64,000 bases of DNA from a virus (Duplodnaviria > Caudoviricetes). Both the position numbers and the translations under genes were made by a program. The stretch lies in IMG/VR virus record IMGVR_UViG_2706795432_000001, positions 1-64,000 of that record. The stretch is one strand, 5' to 3'. Shown piece by piece: positions 1 through 9,538 of the stretch (positions are counted from its first letter, which is position 1; the number at the start of each line of letters is the position of its first letter). The notes beneath the pieces were generated by a model, which was given only the letters and a program-made list of their open reading frames with translations, was not told the DNA's origin and searched no databases.

Positions 1-339
1 TTACTCGTACCAGATCCCCAGACCCAGACATTTGGCCAAAGTCCATTCTGCCATAGCACCTTTGGAGTTTTCCCAGCCTTTGAGCATGTAGATGTGGGTG
101 GCATGTTTGCAGATGTATTCGCAGTCGATTGCCATACAGAGGCGATAGGCTTCTTGGGTATCTCGAACCAGACCCTGCTGAACCATGAGAGAAGCCTCAT
201 GATTGATCGGGTTGAAGATCTCCTTGGTTTCCCCTGCGAGCATTGACACCACGTCTTCTTCAGCCTTGAGGAAAGCAGGTTTGTTGTGGTCTTCGATGCC
301 ACTCATGGGACCAGCGATATAAACTTTGAAGTCAGGCAT
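1..339 (-). CDS. DUF4406 / nucleoside 2-deoxyribosyltransferase-like protein
   Basis: 112 aa; motifs KVYIAGPMSG, FNP, IYMLKGWENSKGAMAEW typical of DUF4406; RBS AAGGA upstream; stop at 1-3. Confidence 0.8.
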   Translation of the reverse strand: MPDFKVYIAGPMSGIEDHNKPAFLKAEEDVVSMLAGETKEIFNPINHEASLMVQQGLVRDTQEAYRLCMAIDCEYICKHATHIYMLKGWENSKGAMAEWTLAKCLGLGIWYE

Positions 340-409
340 TGGTTTTCCTTTCGGATGTTATATTGAACTCATAGTATGGCTATAGAGCCACCCGAAAAGG
401 AAGAGTGAT

Positions 410-577
410 ATGTCATGCTGGATTTACTTGAGCGTCTTGGTTTTGACTTCGATGGCATTGATAATGGCCTATCCGTCAAGCTCCATGGATTCCTTTTTCG
501 GAATCACAAACCCCAGTCCCTGTGTGCGTATCTGGTCCATCGGGGACGAAGATCGTTGGTCAGGATCATTGGGGTGA
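410..577 (+). CDS. Putative 55-aa membrane or secreted protein (not in ORF track)
   Basis: Hand translation MSCWIYLSVLVLTSMALIMAYPSSS...; hydrophobic N-terminus; purine-rich AAGGAAGAG upstream of ATG. Confidence 0.35.
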   Translation: MSCWIYLSVLVLTSMALIMAYPSSSMDSFFGITNPSPCVRIWSIGDEDRWSGSLG

Positions 578-628
578 AGCACTGTCTCCGGTCGTATGAC
601 CGATACTACTAAAGACACCCTATAAACC

Positions 629-660
629 AAAAAAGAAAGGGCCGCTCCGCAGCGACCCTT
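629..660 (-). terminator. Rho-independent terminator after the left fibre module
   Basis: Minus strand AAGGGTCGCT-GCGG-AGCGGCCCTT followed by TCTTTTTT. Confidence 0.8.
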
Positions 661-688
661 CCTCCTCTCAGCCTGAGACGGGGGCTTA

Positions 689-1663
689 TCAGGCTTTCGA
701 TTTGAAACCCCATTCGACGTTGACCAGATCAGTGGCAGCCCAAGGAAGGGAAGTGGCCGGGTTCTCTACCCAGTCAGTGATCTGGTATTCCTTGTTGAAA
801 GGAACAGCAAAGGTCGAAGTGAGGTAATCAACTCCGGACATTCGGACGAGATGTTGAAGACCAGATGGGGAGTTGATCCCTCGAACGGAAGTCGTCACCT
901 GAACGATGTTCGAGATGTTGTTCGCACCTGTGTAGGGTGTGAGAATGGTAGACTGGTTCTGCTCCGGGGAGACAGTGGTCATACCTGTGGTTGGGTCATC
1001 GTCCGACAGAGATAGTACTGGACCATTCCAATTGTCGTAGGCACCAACAGACACCGGACGAAGCAGGTCGAGACGTGCATTCCGAGTGTCAGCATCAGCC
1101 ACGATGATTTCCGAGAAATACTGGAATTCTTCTTCGAACGAATCGTTGATAGAACGAGATGCACCCAGAATGAAGTTTCGAGGATGATCCCATCCCGCAG
1201 CCGAGTAGGACTGAGTGATCACAAGGATCTCATCGACATAAACCCGTGCTTCAACCTGAAGACCACCGAACTTGAGTTGGATGTCATAGGTTCGCAGAGC
1301 GTTTTCAGCTTTCGGAATGTAACGAGTCGCCACGTATTCAGTATCATCCACTGTCAGACGAGCATGGTAGCCTTCCGTGTTTCGATCATGATACGACAGT
1401 TGGAAGATCCGTTCACCCAAAGCATTAGTAATTTCGATGATCGGGTTGTCGTTGTTGATGTACCAAAGATCGGAACCATTCCGGAAATGGAACCAGTATT
1501 CGTCAGTGGTAGACTGAGTGAGATTGGGCGAACCCACAGGCATCTGTGGATTCACTTGAATCGAGTACGGAACCCGATTGTCATCATAGCTCCAGAGCGG
1601 AGCACCAATTGTGGATCCCGGAAAGTGCGAGACCGAATTGGAAGCGAAGAGAATGTTAGGCAT
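689..1663 (-). CDS. Putative virion/tail-associated beta-rich protein, paralog of 54639-55631
   Basis: 324 aa; downstream of the fibre gene; shares motifs with 54639-55631. Confidence 0.7.
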   Translation of the reverse strand: MPNILFASNSVSHFPGSTIGAPLWSYDDNRVPYSIQVNPQMPVGSPNLTQSTTDEYWFHFRNGSDLWYINNDNPIIEITNALGERIFQLSYHDRNTEGYHARLTVDDTEYVATRYIPKAENALRTYDIQLKFGGLQVEARVYVDEILVITQSYSAAGWDHPRNFILGASRSINDSFEEEFQYFSEIIVADADTRNARLDLLRPVSVGAYDNWNGPVLSLSDDDPTTGMTTVSPEQNQSTILTPYTGANNISNIVQVTTSVRGINSPSGLQHLVRMSGVDYLTSTFAVPFNKEYQITDWVENPATSLPWAATDLVNVEWGFKSKA

Positions 1664-1692
1664 GAGATGTCCTTTCTACGGTCTTGCCATCA

Positions 1693-4029
1693 TTAGAAGA
1701 TCTGACCCCTGAAATCCAGAGTCCAGAGCCAATCATCAGTGATGCTGTTTCCTTCACCGAGTTCACCAACCACCAGATCATCTGTATCAAATTTGTTGAA
1801 GGTTCGCAGAGGTGTCACGATTCGACGAGCCATCTTGAAGGTCTCAGTTCCGAAGTTGGTGAAGTACCATGTACGTGCTTCATTGGGATTTTCCGGATTC
1901 GTGGCAGCATCCATATCAATGAAATACACCATGAACATTTCACCCACTTCAAAGTGGTGAGGCCCATTCACACAAGCATGGTCAGCCCAATAGCTGCTAT
2001 TCACTCCACCACCTGCATTGTTGGCGACTCCGGAGATGCTTTCCAACACTGCTTCCGAAACCATACCATCAGAGAAAATGGAATCCTTCTGATTGTTCAT
2101 CCGGTAGAGTTGTAGTTTGTAGTTGAATGGCAGCCCAGTTCCGTCATTGATCAGAGCACCAAGGTGGGTGATGTTCAAACGAGAGTGACAGTAGAAGACA
2201 TTCCCTTTGGCTGGGAAGTCATCAAACTGGTTCGTCTGACGAGATGCGGTAAACCCTGCACCTCCGGGAGTATCTTTGTGATAGGCAAAGACTCCTTTGG
2301 GAACCAGAATCTGACGACGTTCACCCGAGTTGTAATCACCACCTGCAAAGTCCTGATCCACGAGATGATGAGGAATCCAACGGATACCATCATCAGAACC
2401 TTCGATCATATAGGTGCGAGGAACCTGAAGAGCATTGGATCCGGGACGTGCAGTGATTTCGATTTCACCCGGTTTCACGGGAGTTCCAAAATCATATCCA
2501 ACCCACGACGTACCTTCCGAGATCGAGTTCTGAGCGCCAGCCCAGTAGTTCGTATCACGAAGATCATCAAAGGCTGCATCAGCATTGCTGACTCCGTTAC
2601 CAGCAGAACCGAATACAGGCTGACCACCAGTGGCAAGGTCAATGGTTCCCGGTGTGTCACGGAATTCGAGTTCCGAGAGAGCACCACCAGACCAAGTGTT
2701 CGCAGTCAGGAAACGAAGACGCCACATATTGAAGTCTGGACCTTGATCCGTACCAATTCCACGAGATCCTTTGAAGATCTGCATGGAGATCGTGTCGATG
2801 TGAGCATTCGTGTCATCACCAAGCTGCCAGTTGAATTCAGCTTGGATTCGGATGTACCGAGTTCCGGTCGGAATTGTATCGACGAGTTCACGATAGAAGT
2901 GAATGCCGCTCGGAGATGCCCAAAGACCCGGACCATCATTGACACCCAGCAGCGTATCATTGGCTGCATAGAATTCGATTCGAATGTTGGCTTGGTCAGC
3001 ACCAGACTCACTGTGCTGGAACCAATTGATCCAAACCGAAGTCGTACCTGCATCCACATCTGCGTGCCAGATCGGGAAGATTTCGACATCCTGAGTCATG
3101 TAGGTGTACGGGGTATTACCTGTAGATGGACTGGTGTTTTCACCACCAAAGAAAGTCAGGTTCCCGGCATGGACATCATCAAGAGACTGAGTGAAGCCAC
3201 CATATTTCCCGACATAACTAACAGGACCAAAAGTCTCCCAACCTGCCAAACCTGCTTCAGCATCTGGATTCTTGAGGTTCATGGGTTGAGGTTCGCCATC
3301 AACGAGAGGTGCTCCAGTATCCCAGTTCACCACTCCAATTCCAAATGTCCGTTCCAAAACAGACAAGGTATCTTTTTGGGAGATCCCAGTAATGAAGTTG
3401 TAGTTCGAAGCGTTGATGTCAGAACGATTGAGAGCAGAAATACCAGTCGTGAAGTATGCAACACCTCGGTTGATATCGAGACGGTTCAAAGCACCAATAC
3501 CCGACGTAACCAAAGTACGTTCATCACGAACAGTCTGAGCTTTCTCACCTTGGTTCAGTCCAGTGATGAAATAATTCTCCATCTCTTCTAATTCGATTGG
3601 TTCAATCAAAGAGATCGCAATCGAGTTGGAAGTTAGAGCATAATCTTCACCAAGATAGTTCGCTCCTCGGACTTCACAGGTGATCACGGTGTTGTCGTAT
3701 TCCACAGTGGAAGTCCAAGTTGGACCATTGGCTCCGGGAATATCCACACCATCTGCCATCCACTGATAGTAGAGAACGGCAGCCGGAGATGCAGCCCACT
3801 GACCTGAGTTACAGGTGAGTACGCTGGGAATCTGAGGATCTCCAGTCAGATATGGTGGAAAGGTGTTCGTAGGCGGGAACCGATACAGAGGCGCTGAAGC
3901 CAGCGGTCCATAAAGGCTGGAGACCAGATGCACACCTTCCCGGATCGACGGTTCGATATGAACAACGTCGATGGACCGAGTACGGTCGTCATCCTGAGTC
4001 CCCACAGGGTATGAAATGGGATGAGGCAT
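1693..4029 (-). CDS. Tail fibre / receptor-binding protein (Ig-like, carbohydrate-binding-like and discoidin-like domains)
   Basis: 778 aa; PTNTFPPYLTG...YYQWMADGVDIPGA...ITCEV (Ig-like); NLKNPDAEAGLAGW (CBM-like); WVGYDFGTPV...YMIEGSDDGIRW (F5/8 discoidin-like). Confidence 0.75.
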   Translation of the reverse strand: MPHPISYPVGTQDDDRTRSIDVVHIEPSIREGVHLVSSLYGPLASAPLYRFPPTNTFPPYLTGDPQIPSVLTCNSGQWAASPAAVLYYQWMADGVDIPGANGPTWTSTVEYDNTVITCEVRGANYLGEDYALTSNSIAISLIEPIELEEMENYFITGLNQGEKAQTVRDERTLVTSGIGALNRLDINRGVAYFTTGISALNRSDINASNYNFITGISQKDTLSVLERTFGIGVVNWDTGAPLVDGEPQPMNLKNPDAEAGLAGWETFGPVSYVGKYGGFTQSLDDVHAGNLTFFGGENTSPSTGNTPYTYMTQDVEIFPIWHADVDAGTTSVWINWFQHSESGADQANIRIEFYAANDTLLGVNDGPGLWASPSGIHFYRELVDTIPTGTRYIRIQAEFNWQLGDDTNAHIDTISMQIFKGSRGIGTDQGPDFNMWRLRFLTANTWSGGALSELEFRDTPGTIDLATGGQPVFGSAGNGVSNADAAFDDLRDTNYWAGAQNSISEGTSWVGYDFGTPVKPGEIEITARPGSNALQVPRTYMIEGSDDGIRWIPHHLVDQDFAGGDYNSGERRQILVPKGVFAYHKDTPGGAGFTASRQTNQFDDFPAKGNVFYCHSRLNITHLGALINDGTGLPFNYKLQLYRMNNQKDSIFSDGMVSEAVLESISGVANNAGGGVNSSYWADHACVNGPHHFEVGEMFMVYFIDMDAATNPENPNEARTWYFTNFGTETFKMARRIVTPLRTFNKFDTDDLVVGELGEGNSITDDWLWTLDFRGQIF

Positions 4030-4349
4030 TACCGAAGCGGTCCTTCAACGTAGAATGTAGCATCAGCAGTGGCGATGATCCGAATGTCTGGCATATTTGC
4101 ACGCGGCAGCCGGACAAGGTTGGAATCGTTCACCGTGTACGAGGCTTCACTGGGAGTGAACCAGTTACCTTGCTCATCTTTCACCTGAAACTGGACAGTT
4201 CCGGTTTTGACGACACAGGTGACGTTGAGATCCTGAGCATGAGGTCCAGCAGCTTTTGCAACTACGTCGTTACCACCATTCTCGGTCATGTCAGCTTGCG
4301 TGTACCAGATCGGTGTGCAAACATAATTCGTGGAGCATTCTTGAGGCAT
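4029..4349 (-). CDS. Hypothetical protein, first gene of the left fibre operon
   Basis: 106 aa; stop/start overlap with the fibre gene. Confidence 0.7.
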   Translation of the reverse strand: MPQECSTNYVCTPIWYTQADMTENGGNDVVAKAAGPHAQDLNVTCVVKTGTVQFQVKDEQGNWFTPSEASYTVNDSNLVRLPRANMPDIRIIATADATFYVEGPLR

Positions 4350-4421
4350 TTGCTTTCCAGTCTTGGTTTAGGTTATAGGCATCAGTGTGATCGCAATACC
4401 ACAGTTATGGAGCCACGAGCA

Positions 4422-5111
4422 ATGCTTACACTTAAAGAGGTCCAAGACAGCCTGCCCGCTGGCCAAAAAGGTCACATCACGCAGGATATGGTCAACCAAC
4501 TCAATGCCCTTTCGAAAGATCCTGAAGAAGCTCGGTACATTCGGGAAAACTTCATCACTTTCAGTCAGGTGCTATCCGAAGGCCGATTCAAACTCGGTGA
4601 TTACGTCCGTGCAGTGATGTATGTTTCCCACAAGGTCATGGGGAAATCGAATCTGGATGCTTACAAGGCAACCTTCCCCGAACGTCATGCTCAAATGGTG
4701 GCTGATGGACGACAGCCAAAAGACATCGCTTCCTATGTTGCAGCCTACAACAAAGGCAAACTGGTCAACATGGTTTATGAACGGGCCATGATTCCAACAT
4801 GGGTTCTGAATCAGGATATGTTCCAGAGTGCTCTGAATACCCAATACGAGATCATGAATGACGTGAGCGTGAGTGATAAGGTTCGGGTGGAAGCAGCAAA
4901 CTCGATTCTGACTCACCTGAAGAAACCAGAATCCAACAAGGCTGAACTGAAAGTGGAGATTGGTCTCAACGATGGCATGAAGGCTCTGGAACAGCGTCTG
5001 AGTGAAATGGCTGAGATGCAGATGAAAACCATTGAAGGAAAAGCTATGTCCGTGGAGGACGTTGCAGCCCTACCGCTGAACGTACCTGAAGCGGAGTATG
5101 CGGATGAGTAA
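4422..5111 (+). CDS. N4 gp69-like protein (putative terminase small subunit)
   Basis: 229 aa from ATG 4422 with GGAG RBS; directly upstream of terL as in N4; the track start at 4011 overlaps a divergent gene. Confidence 0.75.
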   Translation: MLTLKEVQDSLPAGQKGHITQDMVNQLNALSKDPEEARYIRENFITFSQVLSEGRFKLGDYVRAVMYVSHKVMGKSNLDAYKATFPERHAQMVADGRQPKDIASYVAAYNKGKLVNMVYERAMIPTWVLNQDMFQSALNTQYEIMNDVSVSDKVRVEAANSILTHLKKPESNKAELKVEIGLNDGMKALEQRLSEMAEMQMKTIEGKAMSVEDVAALPLNVPEAEYADE

Positions 5112-6717
5112 GTTCTTCGGAAACAAAACGGTAGATGACTACCTGAATGAAGTGGATTTCGATTGGTTGAACAACGGGGGGTATGTCCCCTCGAAGTTCA
5201 GCCTCGAATTCATGAACTTCATCAAGCTGTGTAATGATGGTCGTGGTGAGGACAACAAGACTCCCACGATGCACTTGGCTATGCTCGACAAGCTGCCAAC
5301 CAAGAAGAAAAAGATCACGAACCTCTGTGCTCGTGGGACTGCGAAGACGACCCTGATGGCAGAATACCTGACTCTGTATCTGGCGATGTTCAACAAAATT
5401 CCGGGCTTTGGTTCAGTTCCGGGAATGCTCTACATCTCGGATTCCATGGACAACGGTGTGAAGTCGATGCGGGAATCTGTGAAGTCCCGGTACTATTCGT
5501 CTGAGTTCCTTCAGCATTGGCTCCCTGAAGAGGGAGTTCGATTCACTGAGAACTACATGGAATTCCACAACCGGAATGGTGGGAAATTCGGTGTGAAGAT
5601 GTTCGGTGCAAAATCCGGTATCCGGGGTACGAAGATCTTCAACCGTCGTCCTGTCCTTGCTGTGATGGACGACTTGATCTCCGATGCTGACTCCAAATCC
5701 CCCACTGCGATGGAAGCAATCAACGACACGGTTTACTCTGGTGTTCAGTATGCTCTCGATCCGACTCGTCACAAGATGATCCTGAATGGGACTCCGTTCA
5801 ACAAAGAAGACATCGTGTATCAGGCAATTGAATCTGGTGCATGGGAAGTGAACGTGTGGCCAGTCTGTAAAGAATTCCCCTGTGAGCGAGATGAATTCTC
5901 TGGAGCTTGGGAAGACCGATTCACCTATGACTACGTGAAAGAGATGTATGATTCTGCTGTGATGGAAGGCAAAGAGAAGTCCTTCCGTCAGGAACTTATG
6001 CTTCGAATCACGTCTGATGAATCTCGTCTGATCCAAGAAGATGAGATTGGTTGGAAGTCTCGTACTGAAATTCTGAACAACCGGAAGAACTACAACTTCT
6101 ATATCACCACTGACTTTGCCACTTCGTCGAAGCAAACTGCTGATTACACTGTGATTTCTGTGTGGGCTTACGACAAAGATGGCAATTGGATCTGGGTGGA
6201 TGGTCTGTGCGAACGTCAACAGATGGGCAAAACTATCAACGATCTGTTCAATTTTGCACAAGAGTATCAGCCTCAAGGTGTGGGGATCGAGGTGACTGGT
6301 CAGCAAGGTGGTTTCATTCCTTGGATCATGTCTGAGATGGATCGTCGCGGGATCTACTTCAATTTGACCCATGACCCGAAAACCAACAAACCCGGTATCC
6401 GACCGATGACGGACAAACTGTCACGGTTCAATCTCGTGGTTCCAATCTTCAAAGCAGGTAAAGTCCATTTCTGCTCTGAGATGCGAAAGACGAAAACCCT
6501 TGGTTTGTTCATGGAACAGATCAGCCTTGCGACTCGGGATGGTTTGATGGGTAAGGATGACTGCCTAGATACCATCTCCATGCTGACGGTCATGAACCCA
6601 TGGAAACCAAACCCAGACGAACCCACTGTGGAGACTGAGGTCTCGACTGCTGATCCTATCTGGGGTACAGAAGCGGAAATGGACGAAAACAGCGGCATCG
6701 ACGCATACATCGTGTAA
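5098..6717 (+). CDS. terL: Terminase large subunit (N4 gp68-like)
   Basis: 539 aa; Walker A-like ARGTAKTT, Walker B VMDD, RNase H-type TTDFA...DYT and KDDCLD; start may be 5104. Confidence 0.95.
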   Translation: MRMSKFFGNKTVDDYLNEVDFDWLNNGGYVPSKFSLEFMNFIKLCNDGRGEDNKTPTMHLAMLDKLPTKKKKITNLCARGTAKTTLMAEYLTLYLAMFNKIPGFGSVPGMLYISDSMDNGVKSMRESVKSRYYSSEFLQHWLPEEGVRFTENYMEFHNRNGGKFGVKMFGAKSGIRGTKIFNRRPVLAVMDDLISDADSKSPTAMEAINDTVYSGVQYALDPTRHKMILNGTPFNKEDIVYQAIESGAWEVNVWPVCKEFPCERDEFSGAWEDRFTYDYVKEMYDSAVMEGKEKSFRQELMLRITSDESRLIQEDEIGWKSRTEILNNRKNYNFYITTDFATSSKQTADYTVISVWAYDKDGNWIWVDGLCERQQMGKTINDLFNFAQEYQPQGVGIEVTGQQGGFIPWIMSEMDRRGIYFNLTHDPKTNKPGIRPMTDKLSRFNLVVPIFKAGKVHFCSEMRKTKTLGLFMEQISLATRDGLMGKDDCLDTISMLTVMNPWKPNPDEPTVETEVSTADPIWGTEAEMDENSGIDAYIV

Positions 6718-6726
6718 GGATTCAAC

Positions 6727-7395
6727 ATGCTCTTCTCAGATTTCTCTCGGAAGTTGGCTTACGGGCAACTCAAAAACACATCCGCAGTTGACGACCAAGA
6801 TCTGGGAGAACTCAATCCCGGTCATGAGGATCAGATTCTGGAACTCACCAATCAGGGTCTGATCGACATCAGTACCCGGATGAAGCTGTTTGAAAACATC
6901 TATGCACTGTCCTTTGTCCCCGGACAGAATATCTACACTCTCGATGAAAATCTCGATCCAGTCTTCACGGATTATGTACGGCTCTTGTCCGTACACGCAG
7001 TCCACAAAGACATGGATGTGATTCCAGAGAATGAGCGGACGTTCATTCCGAAAACCAACAACCAGATCACACTGCCATCCCCCAATACGGTTCGATTTAC
7101 TGATGCCTTCATGGCTGACTATACTCCGGCAGTTGACCTGAAGTTTCAGACCACACATCCGGAAATCACTCTGACAGATTCCATGAATCTGCCTCCTCAT
7201 CTGTATGAAGCTCTGGCACTTTACGTCTCTGGGTTGTATCTCTCCCACATGGGCGGGGAAGAACACACAGCGAAAGGCGATTCCTACTACGGGCTGTATT
7301 TGAAGATGATGGGTGATGATATCATCGAAAACAAATCACAGACCTCTGAAGTAGTGGATGAAGACACTCGCTTTCAGGACAGGGGTTTCGTCTGA
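6727..7395 (+). CDS. N4 gp67-like virion head-tail adaptor protein
   Basis: 222 aa; position after terL; YEALALYV...G and FQDRGFV ending typical of this family. Confidence 0.7.
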   Translation: MLFSDFSRKLAYGQLKNTSAVDDQDLGELNPGHEDQILELTNQGLIDISTRMKLFENIYALSFVPGQNIYTLDENLDPVFTDYVRLLSVHAVHKDMDVIPENERTFIPKTNNQITLPSPNTVRFTDAFMADYTPAVDLKFQTTHPEITLTDSMNLPPHLYEALALYVSGLYLSHMGGEEHTAKGDSYYGLYLKMMGDDIIENKSQTSEVVDEDTRFQDRGFV

Positions 7396-7802
7396 TGAGC
7401 AATCAAGATCCAAATTTGTTGGGTGAAGTTTTCAACCAACGTGCCGTTATTCTTACGTTTTTCGGTGCGTTGGGTGGATCCGTGCGAGCAGCAGTATTGA
7501 AAACAACTTGGCGTGAAGGTCTTCGAGTTGTATTCGTAGGTGGAGCCGTCGCATTTGGCGTCGGTGTACTTGGGCCTGTAATTATGCGACCGTGGATCGG
7601 AGATCTTCCTGATGAGATGGCAGGAGCGATGGGTACGCTCACCGCTGCTTCTTTTCTTATCGGTCTCGTAGCAGTCACATTGGTTGAACGGTTCATTTCT
7701 GGTGAAGCCAATGAACCAACTGATCCTACTCCCCGTCATTATGGTCCTGAAGGACGATTGGAAGACGGGGATACGATCCCCGATCCGGAGGGAAATCAAT
7801 GA
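7395..7802 (+). CDS. Putative holin
   Basis: 135 aa; three hydrophobic segments and a charged C-terminal tail; heads the lysis cluster. Confidence 0.6.
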   Translation: MSNQDPNLLGEVFNQRAVILTFFGALGGSVRAAVLKTTWREGLRVVFVGGAVAFGVGVLGPVIMRPWIGDLPDEMAGAMGTLTAASFLIGLVAVTLVERFISGEANEPTDPTPRHYGPEGRLEDGDTIPDPEGNQ

Positions 7803-8368
7803 CCAATAGTGCCATGAAACTGATGCCCCAACTCCGTGCAGAAAAAACCACTCGAAATCGTGATGATCTTCGGGTGATGATTGCTGGTTCAGTGTTCTGT
7901 ATTTTCATGATCATGCTTCAAGGTGCATACGCTAAATTTCATGATGCGTTTCTTGCTGATCGTCCATTTGTTACAGCCACCGTACAGCTTGTTTATGTGG
8001 AAGAAAACCTACCACCTTTGGTCAAGTATGATGCTGATGCACGTCAACCTTCTTCGGGAACATGGACGGCTGCTGTGTATCAAGAAGATGGAACTCGGTT
8101 GACTTCTCGCAAAGGTGACGGAAACTATACCGATATCGAAGATGATCCAAAATATTGGAGTTGGTCTGCATGGTTTGACAATGAACAGTCAGATCCACCT
8201 GCTGTTCCTACCATTCCTTTCTACGTATGTGTCAGGTATGATGTGACAGCCAATGATTCTGGAGTGGATGATTCCACTGAACTGTTTTGTTCCAATGTGT
8301 TCTATCCCAATGAACCTGAACGAAACGTAAAGATCACTGATCTGGCCAATGAGGATATCATCAAATGA
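7799..8368 (+). CDS. Membrane-anchored hypothetical protein in the lysis cassette
   Basis: 189 aa; one N-terminal TM segment; ATGA overlaps on both sides. Confidence 0.7.
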   Translation: MTNSAMKLMPQLRAEKTTRNRDDLRVMIAGSVFCIFMIMLQGAYAKFHDAFLADRPFVTATVQLVYVEENLPPLVKYDADARQPSSGTWTAAVYQEDGTRLTSRKGDGNYTDIEDDPKYWSWSAWFDNEQSDPPAVPTIPFYVCVRYDVTANDSGVDDSTELFCSNVFYPNEPERNVKITDLANEDIIK

Positions 8369-9024
8369 GTATCACAGTTCGAGACTACCAAGGTCGAGTG
8401 AACGGTATCCTACGGGGTGCCGTTCTTGAAGTTGATGGTATCATGGGTCCAAATACTCGTAAGGGTATTGAAAAAGCTATGAAAAAACGTGGTGTACGTC
8501 GTCGTCAGGATCTGTTTGATCGTGGGGTACGAGGGATTGTCTGGCATTGGACTGCTGGTGCCAAAGGCTTTATCGACCTCGAAAAGAAAGCCTACAATTT
8601 TCTGCATTCGACAACGGGTGATACCATTCAAGGTGATGCAACCATCGCAGAACAGGTCATGTATGATTGGCGTCGAGGTATTGGTGCTTCTCACACCAAG
8701 TCGATGAATACTGGTTGGATTGGTCAGTCTGTTGATGCCATGGCTGGTTCCAAGCAAGCCAATCCGATGGTTTGGGGATCAAATCCCATCACTTGGGAAG
8801 GCATTGATGCAATGCTGGAACAGTCTGCTGAGTTGGTGGAAGAGTACGATATTCCTGTCTCCAAGTGGACGACTCTGACTCATGCTGAAGTCGAACCAAC
8901 TCTGGGAGTGAAACAACGCTGGAAGTGGGACTATACGGTTCTTCCCGGCGATACCAATGGTTTCCAAGATCCGGTGGAGATTGGGAATATCCTACGAGAA
9001 CGTCTTCTGAAGAGGTTTCTATGA
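8365..9024 (+). CDS. Endolysin, N-acetylmuramoyl-L-alanine amidase with N-terminal peptidoglycan-binding-like segment
   Basis: 219 aa; VDGIMGPNT (PG-binding), IVWHWTAG, ASHT...N...IG and THAE amidase zinc motifs. Confidence 0.85.
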   Translation: MSITVRDYQGRVNGILRGAVLEVDGIMGPNTRKGIEKAMKKRGVRRRQDLFDRGVRGIVWHWTAGAKGFIDLEKKAYNFLHSTTGDTIQGDATIAEQVMYDWRRGIGASHTKSMNTGWIGQSVDAMAGSKQANPMVWGSNPITWEGIDAMLEQSAELVEEYDIPVSKWTTLTHAEVEPTLGVKQRWKWDYTVLPGDTNGFQDPVEIGNILRERLLKRFL

Positions 9025-9353
9025 TCGGTCAACGAGATCTCATTGCTCTGGGTATCAGCCTCGCCATGATTGGTGGGGCTTTTGCCTATGGTGTCCACAA
9101 AGGTACAGTCTGGCAGGTGGAAAAGTATCAGGAAGAGAAAGTGGCTCTTCAGAACGAGATTCTTGATCTCAATGCTGATCTTCAGCTAATGAACGCTGAA
9201 ATGCTTCGTCTGAACCGTTTGCGAGAGGAATTGGTCAATGAACTCGAAAATCAAGCTCTCCAAGCGGATGGTGCTTCTAACCCCGGTGTTGCTGCTACTG
9301 GTGGGTTGCAGCGGTTGGAACGCCGATGGAGTGAAAGTCCAACCACTCCCTGA
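9021..9353 (+). CDS. Inner-membrane spanin (Rz-like)
   Basis: 110 aa from ATG 9021; N-terminal TM then coiled coil; follows the endolysin. Confidence 0.75.
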   Translation: MIGQRDLIALGISLAMIGGAFAYGVHKGTVWQVEKYQEEKVALQNEILDLNADLQLMNAEMLRLNRLREELVNELENQALQADGASNPGVAATGGLQRLERRWSESPTTP

Positions 9354-9528
9354 AAACGTAACTGACCCCTGTCCTCATCCAATGGATGTCATTCGGACAG
9401 TCAAAGGTACTTCCGTTGGTTCAGATGAGATCCGCATGGGCCGATTGGGGGATGCCTTGATCGAGTGTGGTCAAGAAAAAGAAATTGCTGTACAGGGTTA
9501 TGAACAGCTATCCGAGATTCTCAAGTAA
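9268..9528 (+). CDS. Outer-membrane lipoprotein spanin (Rz1-like)
   Basis: 86 aa; signal MVLLTPVLLLLVGC with lipobox; overlaps the i-spanin 3' end in another frame. Confidence 0.75.
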   Translation: MVLLTPVLLLLVGCSGWNADGVKVQPLPENVTDPCPHPMDVIRTVKGTSVGSDEIRMGRLGDALIECGQEKEIAVQGYEQLSEILK

Positions 9529-9538
9529 GGGTCGATCC

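Noticed and set aside
415-612. Track ORF of 65 aa
   Set aside because: Protein looks random; the overlapping 410-577 frame has a better RBS spacing and a signal/TM profile
1184-3591. Long plus-strand ORFs (170, 143 and 475 aa)
   Set aside because: Antisense shadows of the fibre genes; no motifs or RBS
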